From Carcharhinus amblyrhynchos (Eukaryota), in contig OZ336880.1 in the NCBI GenBank assembly GCA_965287045.1, positions 19,220,001 to 19,284,000 on the forward strand: a DNA stretch of 64,000 nt. Direction: 5' to 3'. Shown here piece by piece: positions 63,534 to 64,000 of this stretch. The notes below the pieces were generated by a model. The model was not told the origin of the DNA and made no database searches. It worked only from the letters and a program-made list of their open reading frames with translations. The position numbers were made by a program, and so were the translations under genes. Within the stretch, counting starts at the first letter, position 1, and each line of letters starts with the position of its first letter.

Positions 63534-64000
63534 GTTTGTATTGATAATTTTTTACTTTGTGCTTATTGGTAATGCTGATCAAATAAACTTTTCTCACTAT
63601 TTGCAATCTCATACTGAATGCATAAATACTTGCTGCATATGTAGCTAATGTCTTACAGTCTCCATACAAGGAACTTTTCTTATCTACCATCTTTTCTTCA
63701 GGGAAAAACCTTTCCAACTCTTTATGGCTTGAGTGATGCTTCCTTTTTTAGTTCTAGCTGACAGAAGTGATGCTTGCTGTTTGTACCCATTACAATTGCC
63801 ACAGTCTAATGAATTCATGCCATTTGAATACAAGCCTGCAGACAAATCACTATTTCCATGGACAAGGTGCTGTAAAATGTTTGAACTCTTATCCACAGAT
63901 ATTTATTATGTACTATACTGTTGACTGCATGCCAGTCTATAACCAATGTTATATCCGTAGATTAACATATTAGCATATATATGGATATACCACATGATTT

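Noticed and set aside
1-64000. CRISPR arrays, operons, prokaryotic defence or retron systems
   Set aside because: No regularly spaced repeat-spacer arrays or dense coding regions. All RT motifs belong to vertebrate non-LTR retrotransposons.

Overview
This is eukaryotic vertebrate genomic DNA, AT-rich and CpG-depleted. The repeat content (CR1/HER1-type LINEs, V-SINE/HE1-type and Deu-type SINEs, Rex1/Babar LINEs, Penelope-like remnants) points to a cartilaginous fish, probably a shark. That assignment and all repeat family names come from recognising the sequence, not from a database search. The only host coding sequence I can support is the start of a + strand poly(rC)-binding protein gene, best matching PCBP3: a first coding exon (ATG at 60481, MDPKVTEGGLNVTLTIRLLMHGK) and a 24-nt microexon (63510-63533, EVGSIIGK). 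The preceding ~60 kb is probably intronic/5'UTR territory of this gene, with candidate non-coding exons at 18050-18109 and 24386-24472 and a CpG-enriched promoter-like segment at ~32.85-33.25 kb. Almost all other ORFs in the track are retroelement debris or chance frames. The most notable structures are: (i) four short fold-back insertions from two families, with 11-14 bp target-site duplications and an unpaired ~35-40 nt tail, two of which retain minimal hammerhead-ribozyme cores with different stem-II sequences (Penelope/retrozyme-like); (ii) two long-range inverted repeats with unique spacers (13.65-14.39 kb and 44.87-46.12 kb); (iii) a young V-SINE with an atypical GC-rich head inserted in the FADDTK motif of a CR1 reverse transcriptase; and (iv) a multi-layer nest of insertions at 0.4-3.2 kb. 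There is an assembly gap at 61623-61998.
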